This document shows positions 51,758-64,000 of a stretch of DNA of 64,000 nucleotides, in pieces. The first letter of the stretch is position 1, and every line of letters starts with the position of its first letter. The stretch is taken from NCBI GenBank assembly GCA_008632985.1, contig QPGO01000241.1, forward strand, positions 1-64,000, written 5' to 3'. Made by a program: the position numbers and the translations under genes. The notes beneath the pieces were generated by a model that saw only the letters and a list, made by a program, of their open reading frames with translations, was not told the origin of the DNA and searched no databases. Source of the DNA: Psammoneis japonica. Lineage: Eukaryota.

Positions 51758-54700
51758 TGACAGGATTTGAACAGGATTCAGGTGCGCGTGAAATGTCGCG
51801 CGCTGTTTAGTTTACCGCGCCACAGTTTTGTGTGCTTTGGTTCCGCGCGTTCGCACGCGATGTAGTTTGCTTTCGAGCCACAAGGCTCACAAGAACAATG
51901 ACAGTAGCCCGATCACACCGACTTGCACATCTTTCGGCTCCTGTGACGGTCTCTGAGCGGAGACTCATCTGCCATTTAGACAGCAGCAAGGAGTCATTGT
52001 TTGAATTCTTGCCATTTGCCTTCAACTTCTGTCAGATCAACAGTCTTGCTCATTGTCAACCCATTGAGCAACCGCCATCGTCGTCGTTGATTTGCCGACG
52101 ACGCCATTTCAATTCTGCGTGGATCTCCGCACACATTCTATGTACATCGGCAAGTCTGTGCGCATTCAATGCCAGGCATCGGCAGGAAGTTAACGTCACC
52201 GTCAAGTCTCCTTGCCGCTGGATTGATTGCACTGCCTTTCATTGCCGAAGACATGCATTCAACGGTCACATCCAAGTCTGTCCTTGATCCTCATCCCTTG
52301 ATGTACCCATTCAATGGTTAACGGTCAAGAACCCTGCACATTCAAGGATCTTCGTCGCTGAAGACACACATGTGCACATGTCTTCACGGCCAAGAACTTG
52401 TGCCCACTCTTTGGACTGCGGCTTTGCCACCACTCTACAAGCACACCGAGTCCATTGTACCTGATCTGCCCCGGACTGCTGGTGCCCCACAGTTCCACCA
52501 GGTCCACGAGGACGACTGTGAGAGCAAGTGGCCGTGATTGCAGCCTACGTTGGGGCGAGGGTGTTTTTTCCTGCGTTTGTTCGTTCGTCCACAGCGCCTG
52601 ATGCCTGCGTCAACTGGCCAGCCTGATCGGGAAATCCAACTGACACAAAATAAGAACAGTTCGGGGGTCTTGTCCACCTCTAGTCAGCTTGCCTGCAGGG
52701 GTTTGCAACCCGCCACTCCGCTCGCAAGCAACCCAAAGCGCCGCCAGCTGCGGGTTCGGACGTGCCGGCACAACTCTACGGACCGGATGGGAAGTTTAGC
52801 ACTTGACAACGAATGGGACAGCACAGCCCGGCAACTTCTGATTTTAAGACAGTCCAAGATTTCAAGTCAAGTCTAGCTCAAGTCAAGTCTTTTTCAAGCC
52901 AAGTTCCAAGTCAAAACTCCGAGTCAAGATCGTGCTCTAGAGACGCGTTCCAGATGCAGGTGGGAATCCGTGTGACATTGGGCCCGTAGACTTCTACGTG
53001 CGAGCTCCGTGGCAAAATTGTGCGGTGATTAAAATGTCAATGATTGCCAACAGAAAATGAGGCAATTTTGCGAACGCACAAACTCGCACATGATTGAAGC
53101 ACATCATTTTTTACTCAGCCAGTTGCATTCTTCAGACATTGAAGAATGCAACTGGTGCATCATTGTTTCCATAAATTTGTCATGTAAAATGTCTGGGGCT
53201 TCGCAAAACAGCGAGTCTGGACAATTTTTTTTAAATGTCACACGCAGAAATCTACGTGCGAAACATGCGACGGATGACAAAAATTGTTGTTGTCACACGT
53301 CAGCACTGCGAGCTCCCACCCAGGGCTGGAATGCATCTAGATTGGTTCCTGTCTTTTGTTTCCACTGCACCGTCCTCCGTCATGGTTCTCACGTGACAGC
53401 AACAAACCGAAAGCTTCAAACACATTCCAGGCACTGCACTCAATCAAGACGATGACAGCCCTCTTCGTTCTGCCCTGTCCATCAATGGGATTGAATCGTG
53501 TGAGGAATTGTTCATGTTCTTGCCCACCCAAATTGATGCCCTCACTTGCAGAGACGGCACCAATGCAGTGCCTTTGCCGCGGACCCACAGAAACCTCCTG
53601 GCAGCTTTGATCAGCTTCTACTTTGTCAAAGTTTGCAACAGTGATGATGTGACCAATGAACCCCAGTTGCTCACACCCGACGAATTTTGCAACTACCGCC
53701 TTGGTCCGGACCACTTGACCTCTCCAGCCACTGGCGCAGCACCCTCCGCACCTGTGCCGAGTCCCTTGCCATCCAAACCAGGTGAACCCAGTGCCATTTT
53801 GACACCAGCCTTGCACTGTGCCACCACTCAGGTGTCCCCCAGAAGTGGTGTCAGTCGCGCCCTTCATGTCTTGACCAACCCGCCTGCAAGCAACCTCGGC
53901 CCAGTGCAGGATTGCAGCCCTTGCACAGGCCCGCACTTCGAGACCAGTTGGGACACTCTACCCATGGCTTCCAAAGCTGCAGTCTTTGCACCCCGCAAAC
54001 CACGTGCTGCCAACCTCCACGTGTCGACCGCTGTCACCCTTCACAGTCTTCGTTTGGGAAGTGATGGAGATGACAACTTGCTTCTCGCATCTCCTGATGG
54101 GGAGCCTCCTTTTCCCATCATTGAATCTGTTCACAACAGTTCAACCGGTTCATCAGATGGGGAGTTCAGGACATCCAAACAGCTTCGTTGTCTTTGGATG
54201 CCCCAAGTGTCGTACCTCGAGACCAGGTCTCCTGGTTGGATCCCCCAAGTCTCGCACCTCGAGACTGGGCCTCCTGATTGGATGCCTCAAGTCTCGCACA
54301 TCGAGACTGGGCCTCCTGATTGGATGCCCCAAGTCTCGTGCCTTGAGACCAGGCCTCCCAACTGGACTCTCCACATCTCGTGGTTCCCGTCATTGAATCT
54401 GTTCACAACAGTTCAACCGGTTCATCAGATGGGGAGTTCAGGACATCCAAGCAGCTTCATTGTCTTTGGATGCCCCAAGTGTCGTACCTCGAGACCAGGT
54501 CTCCTGGTTGGATCCCCCAAGTCTCGTGCCTCGAGACTGGGCCTCCTGATTGGATGCCTCAAGTCTCGTACATCGAGACTGGGCCTCCTGATCGGATGCC
54601 CCAAGTCTCATGCCTTGAGACCAGGCCTCCCAACTGGAATCTCCACGTCTCGTGCCTCGAGACCGGGCCTCCCAATTGGATCCTCCACATCTCACACCTC

Positions 54701-55667
54701 AAGACTCGGCCTCCGGATTGGATCCCTCAAGTCTTGCACCACGAGACTCGGCCTCCTGATTGGATCTCCCAAGTCTCACACCTCAAGACTTGGCCTCCTG
54801 ATTGGATCCCTGAAGACTCGTGTCACAAGACTGGCAAGTCCTTTTGGATCCCAGAAGTCTTGCAGCATGGGACTGGTTGCCCCAATCAGACATCTGCAGC
54901 CTTGCACCACAAGATGTCTTGCTCCAATCCAATCCCCAAAGGCTTGCACCTTGAGACTCGTTTCTCCAATTGGATCAGTCTCTCAGGAGATGCAGCTGAG
55001 CTTGCAATCGGATTGGTGGAACACAAGACCACTGCTTGTGCCTTTGAACTCATGCTTGCTCTGTTCCCCGAGTCATGCAAACACCATGCCGCCTGCAATG
55101 TTGCCCCGCCGTTCAACATTGTCAACCAGACCAAGCTTTGCTCCTTCCATTGCAAGTGCGGATGTGGAATCCCACAAGATCCCAAGTGTGCCTTGAGCTT
55201 TGAAAAGCACAACGGCATCTGCAATTGGGGAGACGCAGCTCATCTCAAGATGACCCACTTGGAGAATGCAACGTTGCTCTTGGATCTTGATCCTTTCTTG
55301 TCTCCTCATGTTTTGGTGCTTTGACTCCAAAGTTCTTTAGTCAATCCAAAGTTGAATCTGTTTCTGTGGCTCCTCAAGCAAACTGGGGAGTGACAGGATT
55401 TGAACAGGATTTGGGTGCGCGTGAAATGTTGCGCGCTGTTTAGTTTGCCGCGCCACAGTTTTGTGTGCTTTAGCTCCACGCGTTCGCGCACGATGCAGTT
55501 TGCTTTTGAGCCACAAGGCTCACAAGAACAACAACAGCAGCCCAATTGTACTGACTTACACGTCTTTCGGCTCCTGTGACGGTCTCTGAGCGGAGACTCA
55601 TCTGCTGTTTAGACAGCAGCAAGGAGTCATTGTTTGAATTCTTGCCATTTGCCTTCAACTTCTGTCA
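51758..55667 (+). mobile_element. Internally deleted (non-autonomous) copia LTR element
   Basis: 277-bp LTRs at 51758-52034 and 55391-55667 with TGACAG...CTGTCA ends. TCGCG target-site duplication, PPT AACTGGGGAG. Gag-like remnant near 53510-53900 and pre-RT remnant IPQDPKCALSFEKHNG..WGDA near 55170. RT/RNase H absent. Confidence 0.92.
54118..54990 (+). repeat. 42-bp tandem array (PQVSYLETGPPDW[M/I]-like 14-aa units) plus a ~270-bp duplication
   Basis: ccccaagtctcgcacctcgagactgggcctcctgattggatg repeated, decaying toward the 3' end. The block at 54118-54388 is repeated from ~54389. Confidence 0.88.
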
Positions 55668-56888
55668 TCGCGCATGAAAAGGTCATGTGCAAACAAGCTG
55701 CGCTAACTGGGGCCTTGCTTGCTGTGACAACTTGCTGCTGAGTCTGTGGGCATTGGCACCAATGCCACCCAGTGTTGTTCTTTAGCAGGTGAAGAGTCTC
55801 ACAAGAGCAGTGCCAACACTGCACACAGCGCAAAACAGCGCAGAAGAAGCCTTTGCAGCACCCACACAAAAGTTCACAAAATGATGCACTCCAACCTGTG
55901 CAACATCTGTGATGCAATGTTGGCATTTGATGCTGAGGACATGAAACAAGCAGCGCCAGGTGCCCTGTGCAAAAATGTCTTGATCTTGTTCAAAAGCTGT
56001 TGGCCACACGTTTTTAAAACCATTTTCTCCCAAGCGGCAACAAATGGCAACACCTTGCATTTTATTTCAAGGCTTTGTGTGCTTAAATCATGTCACCATC
56101 AGCTAAAGCTGTGCAGCACATGTGTTGCTTTAAATTTTGATTTCTCATGGAGCTGTCCAACCAGGTGCAAAACAACCAGTGCTTGCTCGGCTTGGCTGGG
56201 ACAGCTGGCAGACACATCAGAGTGTGTGCTGGGGGGCCTTGTTGCCAGTGTGCTAGACAGCACAGTCACATCAGGATGGGACAAACCCAGCAGAACAGCA
56301 ATGGCTGTAGAGAATGCCTGCTTTGACAAAAGCAGTTGAACAGAGAGAGCTCCACATGTTTTGGTCTGCCTGCCACCAGTTCATGCAACATTTGCAGGAA
56401 TGAACAGTCAGGCCAGTGACACCAGAACCAAGCTGATCAAATGGTTGTTCTCACATGTGAGCCATGTCAGCAATTTGCTACACATGTGCACTGTTGTTAA
56501 GATGAAAAACTGACAAAAGTCCTCCCATCAGCACCTGGCAAATTTTCTTTTGTCCACCAGTTGTCTACGAAATTTTTCGGACCCACGACTAAAGCCAGAT
56601 CATTAAATTGCTACGTTGTCAAGAAGATTATAACTATCACAACGGATTCCCAGTATGACACTTTCAATAGAATGCACAACCGAAGCAAGATCATTTCAAT
56701 TTTTTAGATATAAATAGTGATTTCAGTGACAACGGATAATCAAACAGAGCATACGACAATATGAAAACCGTATAAGTATTTACGCCAAATCAAACTTTTG
56801 AAACACATCAGTCGGTTGTCGCGTCGTGCGTCGTGCTCTTTCTTTTCACCACTCTCAAACACCGCCTAGTAGCCATGCAAGATCAACC

Positions 56889-59575
56889 ATGAGTTCGGAT
56901 AGCACCAACGGCGTATATAAGAAGCACTGCGGCAACTTATCGCCATTGTCGTCGGGCTGTGTCGCCGGTGATGCAGAGGAGTTGGAGTTGGCAGAGACAA
57001 TGGAAGAGGCGCCGCCCAAGCCCGAGTGGAAGGCTGCAAAGGACGACGGCACGGGTAGGCTGTACTATTTTCACCGATTGACAAAGAAGACCACGTGGAC
57101 GAAGCCTGAAAAATTTGACAAGCAACAAAAGGCCTACAAAAGCTGGAAGAAAACGATCATCAGCGATGACATGCACGATGATCAACATACCGCCGCAGCA
57201 GCCACTGGAGAGCCGCCTGCTCCCTTTGATGAAGCGGAGGGCACAAAGCAAGAGCCCGTAATAGAGTCCGTTACAGAAACAATGAAAGAAGAGGAAGCCC
57301 CAGCCGCACCAGTGAAGTCGGATGCAAAAACTACCGCCACAAGCCACACAAGATCGACAATGAGCTCGGATGGCACCAAAGGCGTACATAAGAAGCACCG
57401 CGGCAACTTGTCGCCATTGTCATCGGGTTATACCGCCGGTGGTACAGAGGAGTTGGCGCTAGCAGAGACAGTGGAAGAGACGCCGTCTAAGCCCGAGTGG
57501 AAGGCTGTAGAGGACGATGACACGGGTAGGCTGTACTATTTTCACCGGCTGACAAAGAAGACCACGTGGACAAAACCTGAAAAGTTTGATGAGCAACAAA
57601 AAGCCTATAAAAGCTGGAAGAAAAGGGTCATCGGCGATGATCAACACACCGCCGCAGCAGCCACTGCCACTGGAGAGCCGCCTGCTCCCCTTGATGAAGC
57701 GGAGGGTCCAAAGCAAGAACCAGAGACAGTAGCGCCAGCAATAGAGTCCATTGCAGAAATGATGAAAGAAGAGGATACCCCAGCCATATCAGTAAAGTGG
57801 GATGCGAAAGATGCCGCCACAAGCCAGACAAGATCGACCGTGAGTAAGGATAGCACCAGCGGCGTATATAAGAAGCACCGCGGCAAGGTCATGTTGGCGT
57901 CAGGATTAACGATTGTGTGCGTCGCGCTTGCGGTGGCGATTCCTTTGGTGGTACTCAAAGGCGGCGGCGATTCCTTTGGTGGTACTCAAAGGCGGCGGCG
58001 ATGACGACAAGAAGAGCTCGTCTGTAGGCTCCTTTAACTCAGAAGCTATTTCGCCACCCCCTACAACGGGGCTCACCTCTGTGCCAACGACTGCCCCTTC
58101 TACATCTCCTTCTGGCTTTCCTTCTGGCTTCCCTTCGGACTTCCCTTCGGGCTTCCCTTCCGCATCTCCTTCTGGCTTTCCTTCAGAGTCTCCCACATAT
58201 TTTCCTACTGCTCTCCCCACTGCATTTTCAGAGTCACCGACGGGATCTCCCTCGGCATCCCCGACTGGCTTTTTTGTGGAACCCAATCCCGTCCCGGCAA
58301 ATCCTCGTCGCGGTTATTTCAACTACGACATGAACGACGAAAGGTACGGACCCAATGCATGGGAGAAGGTCGACACGAGCAATCACTTTTCCATGCGCGA
58401 GTTTTCTCCCAATGGATGGGGTACTTGGAAAAACTCGTTGCAAGTCGATCCTACAAAGAATCGATGCCACGACTATAGACACTGGCGAAGCCCGAAAAAC
58501 CTTGTGCAGGAAGATGGTGGAGGCGGTAGAATTGATGGTATATGTGACGCTCATCACGAGATTCGAACCAAGGCAAGTACTCCATATAAGGATTGCTTAG
58601 AACGAGTGCAGTCTATAGTTTACTGTACTGTGCGCACTTATTTTCTTACAAAAATGCAAAACTCTTTGTTTGCTCTCCCGTGTACAGTGCGGCTCTTTTT
58701 CTATTGAAAGTGACAATTACAAAAAGTACATTTTACCCCACAAGCTGACCGTCGTTATGAACCGCCGCCAATGCCGCGATTTGTCAAGAGAAGAATGCAG
58801 AAAGGACCGCCCTCCTGTAGCCGACTATCCCAAATACAGCAGTGGTGGTTCTGGATTGTCAGACTTGATGAACTGGGATATCAAAGTTCCGGGCGAGCAC
58901 AAAATTTACAACGAGACGTTCGATGCAGAGATTCAAATGATGCATGCTCACTTGGACAATCAAAAGTTGAATTCACTTGGAATTCCTATTCGGGCCACGG
59001 AAGATGGTCACAATGCAGATTTCCAACGAATTCTGGATCAGTTTCATGTTGTGTACGACCGAGACACACAGGCATGCTTGAACCAAAATCGTAACCTTCG
59101 GCAACAAGATACATTCAAGTACTACGAGGACTTGATGGAACAAGGCAAACGCGAGGGTTGGTACAATGACCACACAGCCAGAGTTATGACCGATCCGGAG
59201 TTTATGCGTCAGTTGCAAGTACCATCTGACTTTCGGTTCAATCCGTACTCGAAAAATTTCATGTTGGACATGTTCTTTTTTCGGTATCGGGGCAGCATGA
59301 CGGAACCACCGTGTATGTTTCTTTCCTGGTGGGTCATGGACACACCCATGTCGATTAGTTTTGACCAATTGCGTCAAATCAAGTTTTTGCTGTTTACCCA
59401 CGTAGACCCCGAGACTTGTGAGAAAACCAGCGTGCACAATGCGGACCAGAGTGTCACGCGGCCTGTCCAGCCGATTCGTGACCACGAGGAAACGGGATGG
59501 GTTCAACATTGCATTGCGGGCACCTTTGCATCCGATCTCGATCGATTTGGCGAGCCTGGGAGGAAATGCGACTGA
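56889..59575 (+). CDS. Double-WW + TM + alpha-CA-like protein, copy B (intron 58573-58687; 31-bp duplication frameshift near 57966)
   Basis: Two tandem WW-containing N-terminal repeats (starting 56889 and 57360). CA exon nearly identical to copy A. Confidence 0.8.
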
Positions 59576-61381
59576 AAAGTGACCAGTAGAGATGTGATTG
59601 TTCCCGCCAATGGTATTATGGTAGTGTTGTTGACGTGAGCTGTAGATCAAACTGATTGTCGGCTGGTGCCAGCGAGCAAGAGTTAGACTGTTCCCGCGAA
59701 AGATTTTGTCAATTGTAGATATTATAAAAGCTGTAAATATTTTAGGACCATTTCAAAGAAGTCGTCATCATACATGCGACTAACAAGCAGAAACAGTCTA
59801 GCTATTTCGTGACGCCGTCGGTATTTCTTTATCTGGTGTACTGTACTACCTACCATCAGTGTCATTACTCATGGTCACAATGATAGGTACGAGTAGTTCC
59901 CTAAGGGATAGTTATATAGAGAGAGGGCCCCTCCAATACTCTGGCTACCGGTGGTAGCTATGCGATGCACCATCGTGTGTCGCCAGCAATTTCGTAAGTA
60001 CATTGCACTAGTCAACACAGACACTCTTACATCGCTACTGAGAACACGCATGGCATGCACAAGTACATGTGCTAGTCTAACTCTAGAGAGATAGGATCCA
60101 AGACTGATAACTCGTATTGGATCTCATTAACGGGATCTGCTCCAAAAGTAGCAATAAGTTTGCTCAAGATAGGCCGAAACACCTACAAAGTGAGCTGTTT
60201 GCGAGCCTTCTCCAATCTTTCCCCAATCTGCAACCTATTGGCGATGGCATCATAACCACGACGGTTCAAGAAGGACTCGAGATAGTTTATATAATGCTTC
60301 AGAAAGGTAATGTCCCAGTTTTGCTTCTCCACATGACGCGCCTTGTACTAAAAAGAGAGGCTATGATAATGATGACAAGAACGAGCTCTTGCTGTTGCTT
60401 TTACATGATTGCACAATAGTCCCCATACAAGCAACTTCTTTGCATCAGCGTATCGCCACCCCATTGTCGTCACCGCAAGCCATTCTTGTTGTCGCCATTT
60501 TAAGACAGGTTCTTATTGTCCCGAACAAAGTTGCTCTGATGTTGCTCCTTTTTGAGCCGATCTTCCTCTTGTCGGGGCCGATCTTGCACTTGTCGGAGCC
60601 GCTCTAACTCTTGTCGTAAGTCTAATCTTCAATCACATGCCCAGCAGAACTGACAGTCAAATCCGACAAGTTGCCACCAAATTTTGCGTCTTTCGGTTCA
60701 CCGGCCGTGGAGATTATCCAAGTTTCTGAGGGGCTGGTCGAGCCGACGTCCTTCTCATGGCTCTCATGGGGCACCTTGCCTGTCGTGTCGGCCGACACCT
60801 TGCGATGGGCCCTAAGGGACACTAGCACTGTTGTCAATGAGCTATACACGGGCAATCACTGTCCTTACTGCTCTGAATGGCTGGCACAGGCAACTGGAAA
60901 CTGGAAAGGAAATAGTCTACTGGTGTCATACATATGTAAGAATCATCATCATCGAAGCGGGACCCAACTCGCAACCAAAAAGTAGACGAATGTTGCCTTT
61001 CAGTCGCGACCATACATCATATAATATGTATACAAACTGATATACTTTATATAAGCCCTACACAACAAGTGCCATGTGGATAGTCGAATCTATTATTTAT
61101 GGATGCATGAAAACATTAGAATAAACATGAAACTCCTCGCTCACAATTTCGCCGCGAAGGAGATCGCCAACTCCCATCGCCCATCGTCGCTTGCATGTCA
61201 GCCTTCTAGTCTACTAGCTAGAGGCCCTAAGTCGTATGTTGACCAGGCTCGTATAATACCAGGTACATTGACAGTCCTCTTACTCTACTCCTCTTACTCA
61301 CTTGACTTAGTGTTAGCCGTCAGTGCAAAAGCAACCCGTATTCGCTCGTCACTTTGTCTGCAACGCTGCCAAAACAAACCA

Positions 61382-63442
61382 ATGGTGACAGATTTCAATG
61401 AAAACGACAGTATGAGAGCGCCAATGGAGGTAACTGTGACAAAGAATGAAGATGTTCAGAAACGCCTTGACAGAATCAAAGGCCGCATTGCCTCACTGCG
61501 TCAAGAAAGGAATAACGAAGAGCTTCAGAAATGCCTTGATAGAATCAAGGGCCGTGTTGAACTACATCATGAGGAAGGGGCTGAGTGCAATGACGCATCC
61601 AATGGCAATAAAGATAAAGTAGATGGATCGCACGTTGAGTCAAGGCAAGACGAATCACCAAAGCTCACTCTCGTCAACGAGGAGGAACGCATTGCGGTGG
61701 ATGTCGCAAAGCTTAATCTAAAATCTGACGAGAAGGCATCAGGCGAGTTGGATCCCCAAGCTCCGCAGAATTGCCCTGTTTGCTCAAATTCTCTACTTCA
61801 TAACTACAATCCCAACGACGGCGAACAGAAAAAGATGAAATGTGTATGGGAGAACTCCACTTGCTCAATCACTCTGCCGCTCCAAGGTCTCTTTAACACC
61901 TGCATGCCAAGCTCATCCGAAGTAGACGGCGATGCCTATGAAGATGAGAAGCGTAGGCAGCAGCTAATCAAGAAGATGGAAAATGGGTACTGCACCAATT
62001 GCAAAGTCTACGTTGTCAGGGACGACGAACTTCTCAGCAAACGGAAAAAGCAGCTTCAAGAAGTCAAGCGAGAAATGGCGGAACTCGATGAGCAGCACAA
62101 ACTACGAATTGGTGAGTTAAAGACGTCTCACAACCAACAAGTTGTAGAGATGAAATGCGAAAAACTATATAGGGAGACAAAACACAGTCAGCAGCTGAAC
62201 GAACTGGAGAGCATCAAGAGAGAGCAGGAGAAGAAGATTGCGGCCCTCTTTGCAAAGGTGTACACGGGTGAGCAACTTCGGCGAAAGCTTCACAACCACC
62301 TACAGGATCTCCGAGGCAACATTTGTGTATTTGTTCGTACTCGACCATTCATTCCGATCGATGGCAAACAAATGGGTGAAAAATCACCTATCGTGGTTTC
62401 TCATGATCACGAGAGCCTCTCTTTCTTGGACGGCATGTCAAGGAACAAGCACGATTTCCAGTTTGATCGGGTCTTTTCGTCTTCGACAAACCAAGAAGTT
62501 GTCTTTGAAGAAGTCTCGGATTTTGTGCAGAGTGCACTTGACGGATACAACGTATGTCTTTTTGCATACGGCCAAACGGGCTCCGGCAAAACCTATACCA
62601 TGCAAGGGTCCGGTGCGGATTCTGAGAGAGGCATTATCCCTCGCGCACTGGAGGAGATTTTGTCGCAAGCCAAATCTCTTGAAAGCGACAAGTTCGAATA
62701 CAAAATGAAGGCGAGTTTCTTGGAGATCTACAACGAAAAGCTAATTGATCTTCTTGCAGCAAGGCGTGACTCTCAAGCGGAAGCAAATAAGCTCGCCATC
62801 AAACGAAGCAAGGAGGGTAGAAGCTATGTTGAGAATCTCACTCAAATTGACATTGATTCCAAAAACCCAGAAAATGGTATGCGGCGTTTTGATACCTTGA
62901 TGAGCACCGCAATGCATTCCCGGTCCGTTGCAGAGACTAATATGAGCACTCATAGCTCCCGCAGTCATGCTGTCTTCATACTTGACTTGGAAGGCATTAA
63001 CAGAGTCACAGGGGCAGTTCAAAAGGGCAGCTTGAATTTGTGCGATCTGGCCGGTAGCGAACGCGTGAAAAGAGCTGGTACAGCATCCGACAAGACTCGC
63101 CTTCGAGAAGCTCAGTCTGTCAACAAAAGTCTTTGTGCGTTAGGACAGGTCTTCAATGCTCTCGCCAACAAGGCCTCACACGTCCCATATCGAAACTCCA
63201 AGTTGACTTTTCTTCTTCAGGACTGCTTGAGCGGTGACGGAAAGGCATTAATGCTTGTGAATTTGAGCCCGACAGTGCGGAGTGGAGGGGAGAGTCTCTG
63301 CTCGCTGCGATTTGCACAGCAAGTGAAGCGAGTGTCTTTTGGAAAGTCAAGAGGAACGTTGAGTACAAAAGAAATAATTGAGACGGGGGACTCATATTTC
63401 TCATTATCGCGACATCAAGCCTTTGATAGGGGGCTAAGGTAA
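61382..63442 (+). CDS. Kinesin-14 (C-terminal motor, KIFC1/Ncd/Kar3-like); ORF extends to 61076, likely start MVTDF
   Basis: Coiled coil, neck RRKLHNHLQDLRGNICVFVRTRP, P-loop GQTGSGKT, switch I SSRSH, switch II DLAGSE, HVPYRNSKLTFLLQ. Confidence 0.93.
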   Translation: MVTDFNENDSMRAPMEVTVTKNEDVQKRLDRIKGRIASLRQERNNEELQKCLDRIKGRVELHHEEGAECNDASNGNKDKVDGSHVESRQDESPKLTLVNEEERIAVDVAKLNLKSDEKASGELDPQAPQNCPVCSNSLLHNYNPNDGEQKKMKCVWENSTCSITLPLQGLFNTCMPSSSEVDGDAYEDEKRRQQLIKKMENGYCTNCKVYVVRDDELLSKRKKQLQEVKREMAELDEQHKLRIGELKTSHNQQVVEMKCEKLYRETKHSQQLNELESIKREQEKKIAALFAKVYTGEQLRRKLHNHLQDLRGNICVFVRTRPFIPIDGKQMGEKSPIVVSHDHESLSFLDGMSRNKHDFQFDRVFSSSTNQEVVFEEVSDFVQSALDGYNVCLFAYGQTGSGKTYTMQGSGADSERGIIPRALEEILSQAKSLESDKFEYKMKASFLEIYNEKLIDLLAARRDSQAEANKLAIKRSKEGRSYVENLTQIDIDSKNPENGMRRFDTLMSTAMHSRSVAETNMSTHSSRSHAVFILDLEGINRVTGAVQKGSLNLCDLAGSERVKRAGTASDKTRLREAQSVNKSLCALGQVFNALANKASHVPYRNSKLTFLLQDCLSGDGKALMLVNLSPTVRSGGESLCSLRFAQQVKRVSFGKSRGTLSTKEIIETGDSYFSLSRHQAFDRGLR

Positions 63443-64000
63443 ACCTCGGGGTGAAGCTAGCTATTCTCTAGTCATATAATATGTTATTTTAGTGAATATG
63501 TGTACGGTACATGGCACCTAAACTAAGAAGTTCTCTCTTTCATCTATCTCAGTAGTAGAATGTCGCCTTTGTAAAGTCAACATACAGTAAAAGCAATATT
63601 ACGGCAGATGTCCCACAACAACTCTCTAGACTAGACTAGATATTCATACAAGAGCTTGTTCGTATCTTGAAACTTCAGTACCGGTACAATTACTGTAATA
63701 ACTCATTTCAAAGCGTACGTGGTAAAATGAACGCCCCACCAGACCGCCCACAAGCAACCCGGTTCCCAGTTATCGAATTATTGTTGGCCAAAGTCCTCCA
63801 TCCCTCAATGGCGAGGCTGCCGTGGACGCACCATGGCGTTTACAGTACAGCACGATATGTACATGGCACCAATGTTTCCTAAATAGAAACGTACAACACT
63901 AGAGCACAGTAGAAATATTGTAGTTACTGTAGCAATTCTTTTCTTCTCTACTTTAGATATCATACCGCACTCTGCCAAAACAGCTGTATTGCATCTTTCG

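Noticed and set aside
54118..54990. CRISPR-like array
   Set aside because: These are head-to-tail 42-bp repeats without unique spacers, inside an LTR element, in a eukaryotic context with no cas genes.
1..56560. Classical fungal RIP or CpG deamination alone as the cause
   Set aside because: RIP creates TpA from CpA, which is the opposite direction. CpG deamination cannot turn Tyr codons into Cys/His, and the gypsy element retains its CpG.
60117..61040. Short ORFs upstream of the kinesin
   Set aside because: They are short, interrupted by stops and show no recognisable motif, so I cannot support a gene call.
1..64000. Alternative genetic code or codon reassignment as the reason for missing Tyr
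   Set aside because: Intact genes in the same window use TAY normally, and non-coding LTRs show the same change.

Overview
This is a eukaryotic genomic window, most likely from a pennate diatom (inferred from CoDi-like copia elements, intron-poor genes and gene content). Islands of intact genes alternate with long decayed tracts. The intact genes are a GNAT acetyltransferase, two secreted LamG-domain paralogs, a GT8-like glycosyltransferase, two WW-TM-alpha-carbonic-anhydrase-like paralogs and a kinesin-14. The decayed tracts hold nested Ty1/copia and Ty3/gypsy retrotransposons, a Harbinger-like DNA transposon and dead copies of the same host genes. The dominant signal is a targeted hypermutation in those tracts: TpA dinucleotides have been almost fully converted to TpG or CpA (A:T->G:C, the opposite direction to fungal RIP). 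This turns conserved Tyr into Cys/His, including the RT YxDD motifs. LTR pairs and paralog pairs show that it acts after insertion, runs ahead of CpG decay, relatively spares YTAR contexts, has sharp boundaries, and does not hit near-identical intact gene duplicates. It may be an undescribed genome-defence mutagenesis system; a base-modification sequencing artefact has to be excluded. All counts are hand counts.
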